DNA from: Octopus sinensis
Taxonomy: Eukaryota
Length of the DNA stretch: 64,000 nt
NCBI RefSeq assembly: GCF_006345805.1
Contig: NC_043000.1
Span: forward strand, 147,560,001 to 147,624,000
Direction of reading: 5' to 3'
This document shows, piece after piece, positions 50,046-63,027 of the stretch. Under the pieces are notes generated by a model. The model was not told the origin of the DNA. It searched no databases and was given only the letters and a program-made list of their open reading frames with translations. A program made the translations under genes and the position numbers. How positions within the stretch are numbered: the stretch's first letter is position 1; each line of letters opens with the position of its first letter.

Positions 50046-51486
50046 ACCCATCCGATCGTGGCCGTTCGCCAGCCTCATCTGGCACCTGTGCCGGTGGCAC
50101 ATAAAGACACCATCCGAAGACCCGGCGACGTAGTCAGTCCACCTGTGCATACCTTCCCTCTTATGACACTTGTGAAGACCTGTTGAGGCAAGTGTTGACA
50201 CTTGTGAAGACCTGTTGAGGCAAGTGAAAATCAAACCAAATCAAAATAGATGAATATCAATGGAATTTGTATCTTTGTGGTTCCAGTACCGTGGCACACA
50301 AGAAAACCATCCGAAGTGGCCGTAGCTGGTACCGCATCGACTGGCCTCCGTGCTGTGGGCACAACAAACACCATCTGATCGTGGCCGTTCGCCAGCCTCA
50401 CCTGGCACCTGTGTCGGTGGCACATAAAAACCCATCCAAAGACCCGGCGACGTAGTCAGTCCACCTGTGCATACCTTCCCTCTTATGACACTTGTGAAGA
50501 CCTGTTGAGGCAGAGGCAAGTGTGTGACACTTTGTGAAGACCTGTTGAGGCAGAGGCAAGTGTGTGACACTTGTGGAGACCTGTTGAGGCAAGTGTGTGA
50601 CACGCGTGACACTTGTGAAGACCTGTTGAGGCAAGTGAAAATCAAACCAAATCAAAATAGATGAACATCAATGGAATTTGTATCTTTGTGGTTCCAGTAC
50701 CGGTGGCACACAAGAAAACCATCCGATCGTGTGCCGTTCGCCAGCCACATCTGGCACCTGTGTCGGTGGCACATAAAGACACCATCCGAAGACCCGGCGA
50801 CTAGACAGTCCACCTGTGCATACCTTCCTTCTTGTGACACTTGTGAAGACCTGTTGAGGCAAGTGACACTTGTGAAGACCTGTTGAGGCAAGTGAAAATC
50901 AAAAATCAAACAAAACAATCAATAGATGAACATAAATGGATTTGTATCTTTGTGTACCAGTGCCGGTGGCACACAAGAAAATCATCCGAACGTGGCCGTA
51001 GCCAGTACCGCATAGACTGGCCTCCGTGCTTTGGGGACTAACAACACCATCCGATCGTGGCCGTCCGCCAGCCTCATCTGGCACCTGTGTCGGTGGCACA
51101 TAAAAACACCATCCGAGCGTGGCCGTCTGCCAGCCTCGTCTGGCACCTGCCAGCCTCATCTGGCACCTGTGTCGGTGGCACATAAAAAACCATCCGAGCG
51201 TGGCCGTCTGCCAGCCTCGTCTGGCACCTGTGTCGGTGGCACATAAAAACACCATCCGAGCGTGGCCGTTCGCCAGCCTCGCCTGGCACCTGTGTCGGTG
51301 GCACATAAAATCACCCACTACACTCTCGGAGTGGTTGGCGTTAGGAAGGGCATCCAGCTGTAGAAACACTGCCAGATCTGACTGGCCTGGTGCAGCCTTC
51401 GGGCTCCCCAGACCCCAGTTGAACCGTCCAACCCATGCTAGCATGGAAAACGGACGCTAAATGATGATGATGATGATGATGATGAT
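50046..51486 (+). repeat. RTE 3' UTR expanded into a hierarchical tandem array
   Basis: Three higher-order blocks start near 50048, 50370 and 50720. Each holds 2-4 copies of gacacttgtgaagacctgttgaggcaagtg. These are followed by ~60-nt units, the conserved core and (gat)n. Confidence 0.88.
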
Positions 51487-52261
51487 AGGCACAGTTGTGT
51501 GTCATTCCTTGGCTTGATGTCTTCCAATAGTTGTAATTATCATCATCATACAAGTGATGCTCTTCATTTCCAGTCTTCTGTGAGGAATAGATGAATGGCT
51601 TGTGAGAGTTAGCAACTTTGGGATGAATTCAGTGTGTAAATAGGGAGCCACCTGGCCTCAAGATTCAACCCTCTTTTATTTATAATAGTCATCCCGGCCA
51701 TAAAAGAGGAGTTTTAAGACAGGGTGCCCTAGTAGGACCGAAGGAAAAATTCCAGTTATGGAAGCAAAACCTGGAATCTTTGAGCTTCAAAGTTAATTTA
51801 GCAAAGACCAAAGTCTTAGTAAATAGGAAAACAGAAAGGACACTGCTACCATGAGAAAAAAGTCCTTGCTTGATAGAAAAAAGAGTGGGTAAAAATTTGA
51901 TATAGTGCAATTTATGGACCAAACTATGGACATAAGCAGGTTAACAGAGAAAGCAAACTTTGTATGTGGTAAGACGCAGGTGCACATGGAAAATAGATAC
52001 TCTCAAATTACTTAGGAGGATTTCTAGAGGTAACAGAAGCTTTCTGTTAACTAAGTGACCTAATTAGCTGTGGTACAGGATGATTTCAAAGATAGTTGCC
52101 TGAATAGGTTCAAGGGTCTATTACCTCTGTTAGTAGCTAAAGGTTTCTCTCTCAGATTGAAAAGCAGACAGTATGATACCTGAATATGAACTGGACCTTG
52201 AATGCAGAGGACCTGTGGAGACTAGAAAGAAAGAAAGAAAGCATGCTCTGCTGGAAGTGCA

Positions 52262-52540
52262 TTGTCTGTGGATGGTCATTGCAGAAGAAATGTGTTGTTG
52301 AAAGAAAAACTGGGTGTGAGAAGAATCCGATGCAGTGTGTGCGAGAGAAGACTGTGCTGGTTTAGGCATGTGATGTATATGCATGAGGATAGTTGTATAA
52401 AGAAGTGCTGTTCATTCACAGTAGATGAAACCTGTGTAAGAACACCCAGGCCAACATAGGATGAGGTGGTGAAGGTTAATCCCAGGATGCTGAAATTCAT
52501 GGAAGTGATGACGAAAGGATTGGTTGGCACTCAAGAAAAC
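52262..52540 (+). mobile_element. Old RTE ORF C-terminal fragment
   Basis: LKEKLGVRRIRCSVCERRLCWFRHVMYMHEDSCIKKC...PRPT*DEVVK. Confidence 0.8.
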
Positions 52541-52892
52541 CTGCCCAGACACACATTGAGGTTTTTTGATCATATTGTGTATACATACAATTCAGCTCTT
52601 GCCAACATTAAAACTCCTTGTTTCTTCCCTCTCTCCCTTCTGTGTCACTTCCTATTGACAGCCACTCCTTATGTTTACTAATGATTACTTCATACCCTTC
52701 TTGGTATCCATCTCTTTTCCCCATTTGCAGCCTTTAAACCCACTCCTCATCACCCTGTCCTTAATCCTCTATTGTATCATCTGTGTTATTCTGTTGCTGT
52801 AAGAAATGAAAGCAGAACCTGTTACGATATACCACACTATATTACTATCCCTAGTGATATATGTATGTTCTAGACTATTGACTATCTTTATA

Positions 52893-53122
52893 GGCGGTGA
52901 GCTGGCAGAAACGTTAGCGCGCCAGGCGAAATGCGTAGCCGTATTTCATCTGTTGTTACATTCCGAGTTCAAATTCCGCCGAGGTCGACTTTGCCTTTCA
53001 TCTTTTCGGGGTCGATAAATTAAGTACCAGTTACGCACTGGGGTCGATGTAATCAACTTAATCCGTTTGTCGGTCCTTGTTTGTCCCCTCTGTGTTAAGC
53101 TCCTTGTGGGTAGTAAAGAAAT
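52893..53122 (+). mobile_element. SINE family B
   Basis: Full-length match to 11074-11301. Confidence 0.9.
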
Positions 53123-53598
53123 ATATATTACTATCTCTACTTGCAGTCAGCATCTGTCTCTCATCTTTATCATCTCTGCTCAATGTTTATATCCATTTCT
53201 CAATCTCCTCCCACACTCTTACAACCTTTACTCATCACTTTCCCTGATTCTTCTGTATCCATGCATTCTTCTATACATCTCTTGGGCATGTTACCATGTA
53301 TGTTCTAGACTATTGACACTTCCGTATTTCTCTCTCCTTGGGCACTACTTTGGCCTCTACCATCCACCTATGTATAATGTGTGCTCTGTTGTTGTGCTGG
53401 TACCATGAAAAGAGCACCTAGTATACTCTGTTAAGTGGTTAGTATCAAGGGCATCCAGCTGTAGATACTGTACCACAACTGAAAACTGGCATGCTGGAGC
53501 AAAATGGAGTCTTCTGATCCATTGAATCACTGTCAAAATATCCAATGCAGTAGAAATAAACTGAGACGGAGGTGTGTGTGTGTAAACACATAAGCACA

Positions 53599-54900
53599 CA
53601 TCATCATCATCATCAACGTTTAACATCCATTTTCCATGCTGGCATGGGTTGGACAGTTTGACTAAGGTCTGGAGAGCCAGCAGCTGCACCAGGCTCCAGT
53701 CTGATCTGGTAGTGTTTCTACAGCTGGACAGCCTTCCTAATGCCAACCACTCCAAGAGTGTTGTGGGTGCTTTTTACGTGCCACTGGCACAGGAGCCAAT
53801 CAATCAGACCTGGCATCGATCACATTCGGATGGTGATTTTTATGTGCCACTGGCACAAGAGTCAGTCAGCAGGTACTGGCATTGGCCATGATCAGTTGGT
53901 GCTTTTTACATGCCACTGGCATGGGAGCCAATCAGATGGACCTGGCATCAACCACATTTGGATGGTGCTTTTTACGTGACACCGGCACTGGAGCCAGTCT
54001 GGGGGCACTGGCATTGGCCTCGATTGCTTGGTGCTTTTTATGTGCTGCCAGCATTGGTCACGTTCAGATAGTGCTTTTTATGTGCCACCAGAACAGGAGC
54101 CAGTCAGGGAGCACTGGCCCCAGCAACGATATTGGTTTTACTTGACTCAACAGGTCTTCTCAAGCATATCATATCGCCCAATGCATCAGGGATATTTTTA
54201 ACAGGGCCGGACATGCGTGGCTGTGATCTCACTTTAGTTGCCAGGGTCTTCTCAATCACAGCATATCTCCAAAGGTCCCAGTCTCCTGTCATTGCCTCTG
54301 TGAGGCCCAATGTTTGAAGGTCATGTTTCACCACCTCATCCCATGTCTCCCTAGGTCTACCTCTTCCACAGTTAGGGAGTGGCACTTCCTCACACAGCTG
54401 TCTTCATTCATATGTAACACATGACCATACCAGCACAGTCACCTCTCTTGCACACCACATTTTCTGCTTCTTATTCCCAACTTTTCTCTCAGGGCGCTTA
54501 CACTCCATTGCATATGCGCACTGACATTACACATCCAGCAGATCATACCAGCTTCATTTCTTTCAAGCCTACGCATGTCCTCAGCATTCATAGTCCATGT
54601 TTCACTGCCGTGTAGCATGGCAGTTCACACACATGCATCACACAGTCTACTTTTCACCCTGATCGAGAGACCCTTAATTGCCAGCAGAGGTAGGAGCTCC
54701 TTGAATTTTGCCCAGGCTATTCTTACTCTAGTTGCTGCACTCTCAGAGCAAACACCCCCACTACAGACTTGGTCGCCTAGGTAGCAGAAGCTATTAACTA
54801 CTACTAGTTTCTCCCCCTGGCATATGATGGAATCTGTTTTCTGTACACCTTCAGTGTTTATTCCCCAGTGCATCTGCCACACACAAAAACTATTTTTCCT
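53599..54900 (-). mobile_element. 5'-truncated RTE LINE (~1.3 kb): ORF 3' part plus UTR with about six diverged repeat units
   Basis: Minus strand GEKLVVVNSFCYLGDQVCSGGVCSESAATRVRIAWAKFKELLPLL..KGLSIRVKSRL, then GRGRPRETWDEVVKHDL, the UTR and (gat)n. YLG, RI..AW and GRPR..W are typical of RTE-clade ORFs. Confidence 0.9.
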
Positions 54901-55955
54901 GTATTTAAAAGTCAGACATCAGTTAAAGGACTATATGGGCTCCTTTTACCTTATGTAGTCTACTAATGTCATTCTCTCACTACTTCTCATCTATTCATGT
55001 TACATATCAGCTTTCCTCTATATGTCAGTTAATGCTACTGGTATTAATGTTATCCAAGAAATTAGATTTAACTCATTTCCTCACCAACTGTTGCATGGCC
55101 TGTAAATTTTCTATTTAGTTTCACCATGGTTGCAGTCCAATGACTGAAGCGAGTAAAAGAGTAAAATAGCCGAATCTTGGGAAAATAAAGACAATGCAGT
55201 TTTGAGTACATTGCCTAACATTAGCTCTTATAAATTAACAGACCAGATAAATGGGCCCAACATTTTTGTGCAAGAAAGATGGAAATGTATGTGTGTGTGT
55301 GTGTGTGTAGATCTATTCATGCATAGGTGCATGGATATATACATACATACATTCTTTTATCTTGATATTTAGATTTTTTAAATAGAATTTTAGATAACAT
55401 TCTTATTCTTTTCATATCTCATAAAAATTATTCTGTCACCTTTAGTTTAAACATCAGTAGATTTTGTCTTCAAAGGTTGTATTTGTACTTATATATACAG
55501 CACACATAATCACAGGCTAAAAACAAAGTGTTATTATAACATGAGATTCAATGTTTGCAACAAAAAAAATGTTTGTATAATAATCTGCCGTGAAATATGT
55601 TGCAATCAGTGTCAGGTCCAATTTGTTGGAGTGAGAGTTAATGTAGTGTCTGAGCCACTGAATAGTCACATGCAATGAAAAACAAAAACTGTTTTTCATT
55701 TGTGAAAACTTACACTAATGTGGAATATGTAGAGGGCAAAGGATATATGTTTGGTATTTTAAAGCTGACTTTGGGAATCAGTACAAAGTGCTGTGTGTGC
55801 GTGCTTGCACTTGGATGTGTGTGCATGTGTGTCATCATCATCAATCTAATATCCATCTCTTGGTTTTTTTCAATCCTTAGAGCATCAGTGAATTCTGTCC
55901 ATGGTTTTCTCAAAGGTTTTCTCTATGCCCACATTGCAGTCTTATCTGTTAGATA

Positions 55956-56249
55956 ATCATCATCATCATCATTTAACGTCCGCTTTCCATGCTAGCATGG
56001 GTTGGACGGTTCAACTGGGGTCTGGGAAGCCTGAAGGCTGCACCAGGCCAGTCAGATCTGGCAGTGTTTCTACAGCTGGATGCCCTTCCTAACGCCAACC
56101 ACTCCGTGAGTGTAGTGGGTGCTTTTTATGTGCCACTGACACAGGTGCCAGACGAGGCTGGCGAACGGCCACGTCTGGCACCTGTGTCGGTGGCACATAA
56201 AAAGCAACCACTACACTCACGGAGTGGTTGGCGTTAGGAAGGGCATCCA
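55956..56249 (-). mobile_element. RTE 3' tail with a fold-back inverted duplication
   Basis: Minus-strand tail 55956-56171 is followed directly by a plus-strand copy of its own core (56172-56249). Confidence 0.88.
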
Positions 56250-57286
56250 AATGTCCATGTTGCAGTTCCATGTAGTAGAATGCACTATACATATCATTTC
56301 AGTAATCTTTTTCTAAGTTAATTTTTTTTTTTTACATATTTTACTTCAAACCTTCCTTTAGTTTCTACTTCACATTTCCTGTTTTTTTTATTGTCTACAT
56401 CCCAGGTGTATTAAACTTTGGTGTCTGTTTAAATGGCTTTTCTTCTGTTGTACTATACATTTGCAGTAACTGTGTTTTCTTGCTAAATACTCCTGATTTT
56501 GTTTACTTTACCTTTATTCTCATACTGCAGGTCAGTCCTTTGTCTTTTTACCCTTCTGAAGTAGCATTGGCTGCATATATAAGTTTGTTGATGTTCATAT
56601 TGATGCATCTTGGCAGGTCGTCTGAGTGCATAGATTAAATTGGCTAGAGAACAGTACATTATTTTGCCTGGCTTCCTAATTTTAAATTCTGAAGCATTTC
56701 TCCTTTTAGTTTTTATCATTGTTCTAATTATTTGGAGGTCTTTATCTCATACTTCAAGTTTTGTTACGCATTCAGTCCTCTTTGCATGTTCTGTTCTGCC
56801 ATATGTATTGGTACAGTCTTTACACTTAGAACATTCTTGATCAAAAATCACTTTGCAGTTGACTTATTTCTTAAGTTATTCTTGATGTAATTTTGTTGCA
56901 TGCATGCGTGTGCACATACATGCACACACACATGCATATCTTTCACTGATGTTAATTTACATTTTGGTAAAAAAAAATTTTTTTATTAATCTTTAATTAA
57001 AAATCCCTTGTAATATTTGTGGTACACCAAGTTACAGGAGTTCCTTTGTCTTTTTTGTTGTCAGAAATACATTGGAATATATAATCCTAGATGCTATGCT
57101 TCACAATTGTAATACAAAATGAAAAGTAATTGAATCCTAGGAAATAATCTTTCCTAATAATCCCAGTATAAAACATAGAAAAGGATTTTACTGTAATGGC
57201 AGTACCATTTATGCATGGGTTTCAAAATTTAGACCTTGGATTTGGCCTTGAAATTGTATATTCAGTGTAGAGAATTTACTACGTGG

Positions 57287-57561
57287 GCGCCTCGACTGGC
57301 ATCCGTGTTGGTGACACGTAAAAAGCACCAACCGATTGTGGCCCTTTGCCAGCCTCCTCTGGCCCTTGTGTCGGTAGCATGTAAAAAGCACCCACTACAC
57401 TCACGGAGTGGTTGGCGTTAGGAAGGGCATCCAGCTGTAGAAACACTGCCAGATCAGACTGGAGCCTGGCGCAGCCTCCTGGCTTCCCGGATGCAGGTCG
57501 AACCGTCCAACCCATGCTAGCATGGAAAACAGACGTTAAATGATGATGACGACGACGATGA
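57287..57561 (+). mobile_element. RTE 3' tail (family C)
   Basis: Two units, core and a (gat)/(gac) tail. Confidence 0.85.
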
Positions 57562-58517
57562 CAACTGCAGTTGGTCCATATCATGAATCATCTGAACAGT
57601 TTGATATGTGCTCTATTTAAAGATGAACATTATGATTACTCCTACGATGTTTATTTGCTTATAACTTTAAAACTTAATTTTGTCTCTTCAATTTTTAAAA
57701 ATCATTTCTATCTGGTACAAGTGTGGACAGGGAGTGGAGAATAAGTATATATAGTACTTGTAAATGTTTTGGTGAGATAAAATGTATAGTTAGTGATAAT
57801 TTAGCTTTTGAAAAGTAGTGTAAAGCAAAAGAATCAGATAATATAATACTCTTTCATATTTAATTGGAGAGGACGCACTGGAGAAACAATTTAGCTATTG
57901 GTGGAAATGCTTTTCCTAAGTACATTATTAGCATAAAGTTAAATAACTACAAACAGAAATTGGATCAAGGTTGTATGAATATTACATGGGAAAATGAGCA
58001 AAATTATTTATACTAGTCAAAAACGAAAGCAGAACACTTAAAAAAAAATTATATGTAATACAAATGATTAAGTAAGAAATTTTCTTTTGTTTTGTCCCCC
58101 GCCTCTTTGGGGGGGGTTAAGGAAAATGCATCATGAAGGAAACACACACACACTCACACACACTCTCTATCTATCTATCTCATACACACACTCACACAAC
58201 TAAATTAAACTGCTTCAGTGAAACTTTAGTCTAGACAACATTGTGCAACCCCTGTTATTTTCCTGTTTAATTCCTATTTGAGTATTACCTAGTGCAAGTC
58301 AGATGGTGCAAATGTTAGAGCACTGAACTTGATACTTCACAGTATTTAGCTGGAACTAGTTTGAATTCATATTCTACAATAAAATACCTATCAGTGTTAT
58401 ACTGGTTTATATTTTCATATATATATAATTAATGTAGGATAAAATTTTTTTCGGGAAAAAAATTTCATCAATGGCCAGCATATCAAAGAATACCTTTAAA
58501 GGTTAAATTTATCTTGT

Positions 58518-58563
<46 letters not shown>

Positions 58564-59222
58564 TACATGCACACACATATATGTGTATATATAATGTTAA
58601 ATTGGATGTTATTTTAGAGTAAGTCTGAAAGTAACAATGGAACATTTTGCTGATGGGGGTGCTCAGTAATGAGAGAAGAGTCAAGTTAATTATAAAATTC
58701 ATGTTAATTAAGACTTCAAGTTTTGCCTCATAGCTTAGTCATCCAATCTCATTTGTCGAAGCTTCTTGTTTTCTGTAATAAAACTTGATGGCATGGTTTC
58801 GTGTTTGGTATTGATATATTTTTCATCAAGAACAAACTTTCAACAGGTTGCTTTATTGGTATCAGTGTCTGGTGCTTTTCACGAAAGGAGCAAATGTAAA
58901 TGTTAAATTAAGGTTATTTAAAAGCTAGTTTAAGATTTAACAACAGAACATTTACCGATGGTGGTAATGCTCTGACTCATGACTGAAAGTCAAATTTATT
59001 GTTAAATTTGAAGTGGTTGCAACTTGTAAATTTCATCTGACAGTTTAGTCACCCGGACTGGTTGGATTTGCTGTTGAGTGAAACAAAAAATTCCAGTCAA
59101 CCTGAATTTTACAATATATTCTTTTTGAATCTTTGTTACTATCTATTTGGTAAATTATGGACATGTTGTTTCTATGTACATATACAAATTATAACTCATT
59201 ACTCTAAATTATTTTTTAAAAT

Positions 59223-59578
59223 GGGCTGTGTGGTAAGTAGCTTGCTAACCAACCACATGGTTCCAGGTTCAGTCCCACTGCGTGGCATCTTGGGCAAGTG
59301 TCTTCTGCTATAGCCCCGGGCCGACCAATGCCTTGTGAGTGGATTTGGTAGACGGAAACTGAAAGAAGCCTGTCGTATATATGTACGTGTTTGTGTGTCT
59401 GTGTTTGTCCCTCTAGCATTGCTTGACAACCGATGCTGGTGTGTTTACGTCCCCGTCACTTAGCGGTTCGGCAAAAGAGACCGATAGAATAAGTTCCGGT
59501 GTCGATTTGCTCGATTAAAGGCGGTGCTCCAGCATGGCCGCAGTCAAATGACTGAAACAAGTAAAAGAGTAAAGAGTA
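59223..59578 (+). mobile_element. SINE family A
   Basis: Head to (gtaaaaga)n tail, with a short internal deletion after gatagaataagt. Confidence 0.9.
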
Positions 59579-60385
59579 ACTCTAAAATTTAGACAATTGT
59601 AGGCTAGAGTTTTTTTTAGATTAAGCTTTTTTTTTTCCGTTTAGATACGTTATGTGATATGGGGGAGTGGCCTACTAAACAGTGATACGCTTAAAATTTT
59701 ATGATAAAAATTATTTTAAAATCTTTCTATTTAGCAAATCTTCATTGAAAATTGATTACTGAATACAAACTATCTAAAAAATTTTCATTGGTAACTATGA
59801 TAATGGAAAAACAAAGTTTTTATTGATCTGTGTTGTGTGCAAAATAGTTATATTAATCAAATCACTTAGATAAAACGATAATAGCTGATTTATATAATCA
59901 CAATATTATTTCAGGTAGTATTAAATATAAACTTGTGAAATTACTAAGGTCTCATGTGTATGTATTTATATTAACAAAATATTTTGTTCTTTCATTTAAT
60001 ATATACTAAATTAGTTCTTAATAACATTGTTTCTAATAATGTTTCAATTGATTCATTTAACATTTTTCTATAGAAATATCTCAGTAAAACAAAAACTTAG
60101 TTTGTATAAAATTAATTTGTTTTCACATAGAAATTTCCCTTAATAGGTTTGAGGATCATATTTTCTTTCATCATGGACTTCATTTTATAAAATATCATAC
60201 AGAAAAACAGAGAGAAAGGATTATGTATATTCAATTTGTATTTTGTCTTATTCTTGTACCAAAAGTATTTTATCTAAATGATTTGAAAATTTTCTTTTAA
60301 ACTAGTTTGACATTCTAAATTATGTCAGCCTGTGTCCATATTAAATAAAGCAAAGAAAATAATAGTTCTCATACTTTACTTTCAG

Positions 60386-60492
60386 ACGCCGATTTCCAAG
60401 CAGAAATACTAGCCCAAACCAAAATGCCACGTCTCAACCCAGTTCTGACTCTGGTTCGTCATCAAGCAATTTTCAGGGGAAACAAAGTTCTT
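60386..60492 (+). CDS. PIAS: Next PIAS coding exon (RRFP motif followed by a Ser/Asn-rich linker)
   Basis: Acceptor tactttactttcag ends at 60385 and donor gtaagt starts at 60493. Phase-2 join AG+A gives R, then RRFPSRNTSPNQNATSQPSSDSGSSSSNFQGKQSS, restoring the conserved ELYRRRFP. Length 107 nt, no stops in frame. Not in the ORF track. Confidence 0.9.
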
Positions 60493-63027
60493 GTAAGTTA
60501 AAATTTTAAACGTTTATTATCCTACAGGTTTTTCTACTTATTCTTCCTGGAGAGCTTGGAAGAACTCTTTTGCAGGTATAATGATAATAGTATTTAAATT
60601 TTTTTTTATCTTCTCTAGAGTTGACAATTTCAGCCTCACTGATTGAAAAGATTGAAATGCACTGAGTTATTATATATAAAATATTTTATTTCATTTTGGA
60701 AAAAATAATAATCAACAATCCAGGAAATATTTTTTAAAAAAAAGAAGAAAAAAAACCTTTGAAAGCTATGAATTAATTATACTATTTTCACATGATACAA
60801 GCTACATCTGTATTTTTATGCTAAGTTTAGTATGAATTGATTAGGTTAGTAACTGATCTTTTTTATTTCTATCTACACTGCATTCCAATCAACACTCTTC
60901 AATCACCTCCAGATGCTATATTTCTAGAGTAGATGGAGAAACAAAAATTGAAAACTAGCACCCTAAAGTACAATCTAGATGTAGCATCTTTACTTTAGAT
61001 AATGTTGGTTTTGTGACATAGCATACAGGCTACCCCAAATAGATTAAGAGGAAGGTTGGCTGCGGTAGGATTCCAAACTCTGAATGGAAGGGACATAACT
61101 AAATGCTGCAAGTTATTTAGCCCAGCACTAGCATTAGAAGCCACTCTACTGTTCTTGTTTTAGATATTATTAAAACATTTGATGTGTAAATTTATATTGT
61201 GATGTATTTGTCCTTCTTTTTGTCAGAATGGTTATTATTTCATATAACATGGATTGTTTAACTTAAAGACATTACTATTAATAATACCTACATCAGCCAT
61301 GTAGTCTCATAAAGCATTTCTTTAAGATGCCTGTCAGTTGTGGGTGTCACTCACAGAAAATCTCATGTATTTCTCATGTTTTAAGTAAACTGAGAAATGT
61401 GGAAATATGCTGCTCGAGGCACAGGCATGGCTGTATGGTTAAGAAGTTTGATCACAACTATATGGTTTCGGGTTCAGCCCCACTGCATGGTATCTTGGAC
61501 ATTTTCTACTCTGGTCTCAGTTTGACCAAAACCTTGTGAGTGAAATTTTAAGGGTGGAAGGTGTGTGATAGTCCATCATAGGTTCCATTTCTGTTTTTTA
61601 GTTTAACACTACCTGTGGTCCTCAAGTGTTTTAATAAACTTCCCCAGCAAGTATTCAAGCCAGGCCTCTAGTTTAAGTACAACTTCCTCCTTTTCTCCAA
61701 TTCTCTGAGAGGCTCTGGGTGCTGCCCTTCTCTTACTAAAGCTATTAAAAAAAAAAAATAAAGGAACGTATTTAAATGGTTGCAATGAATGTAAACCCCT
61801 CACACTATGGGTATTTGTTTATTTTATTCATTCAGGAATTTTGTGGTACATATTAACTAATATACAGGTTGCAGAGTTTAAGATTTTAAATTAGGATCTT
61901 CTGTTCAGGAAAATTAAAAAATTTTTCTACAATATTTGAATTACTTATTGAACACTATTTAATCAATAGATATTTGTTATTTGCATATTTAACTAATTTA
62001 ATAAAATATTGATTGATTGTTATGCTTCATGGATATGATGTTCAGTGTCATGTTTATGTACCCTTTTTTTCTCTCTTTTTTTTTTTTTTAATAATAAAAA
62101 AAATACTACTGTCTCATGTAGTAACTCCACATTTGGTTTGATTTCAGCTTAATAGCCAGCTAATTCCCACTAACAATGAAATTGTTCTGTATTAACCATC
62201 ATCATCTCTCTTTACTATTTTTCTGTTCATTCATTGCTGCAACCCAATGGTAATTCCCTGCTTGGTAGATCATTTCATAAAACTAACAATTTTTCATTAT
62301 TTTATCTGTTTTTTCATGAAAATAATTCAAATGCCAAACAAAAAAAAAATTAATAAAATGGAATAAAATTATAAAAAAACGCAAATGGAATGATTAAATT
62401 CTATTGAAATAATGTCGACATTGCAGGATATTTCTTAGATTATTCCACATTTTATTTATATATATCATTTTATCATTATTCTCATTCTAGTATGTTTTTG
62501 CATTTTTTGTGAAAGCAAAAAATTTCAAAACAAAATAAGCTCAACTTAAATTATAATCAAATGGTTTACAACTGTATAGTGTGGGAAATGTTAATCTTTT
62601 ATGTAGAATATCAAGACATAAGTGTGGTGATGTTCATCTACTTCAAAGATAGATTATCATTTTCAGTTGTATTATAATCAGTCAATAGGAAGATAATGAA
62701 TCAACTGGAAATTGTTTTTGATAAAGGGTGCCTCCCTCTTTTAGTACCACAAAAGCAATCTAACATCAAGAAGTTGAATTTAGAATTGAATGCCAAATTT
62801 AGGTACATCAACAATATGTTAGTTGCCGAACAACAAAGGCTGTTTCAGTTGGTTATAGCTAATCAATGATTCCCAGTTTAGATGTCATGAGGCAAACTCC
62901 AGTGTTTGAAATAGGATTATATTTTAATTGTTCACCAGTAAAATGAAATTTGTGGTCATTTCAATGTCATTTTAATTACTTTTTCTTTATACATCAGTTA
63001 TCTCATTTTGTTTTCATAGGGGAGGGG

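Larger units (their letters stand above)
30232..60385 (+). other. PIAS: Phase-2 GT-AG intron of PIAS (30,154 nt), repeat-filled
   Basis: Defined by the two flanking exons whose junction rebuilds a contiguous conserved motif, leaving no room for a constitutive coding exon between them. Confidence 0.85.

Noticed and set aside
50195-50232. Hammerhead-like CTGTTGAG...GAAA in the subrepeat
   Set aside because: The core deviates from CUGANGA at the invariant A, there is no convincing stem II or cleavage-site helix, and it looks like a variant of the ORF-end gaagacc motif.
50046-51310. CRISPR-like look of palindromic repeats with intervening sequence
   Set aside because: Eukaryotic intron, the intervening sequences are themselves repeated, there are no cas genes, and the array is contiguous with an RTE 3' end.
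50899-51444. Recurring ORFs MLAWVGRFN..., MLGGQTQTHKH..., MSSNARGTNT... resembling a gene family
   Set aside because: These are translations of RTE tails and SINE family A, with no coding evidence.
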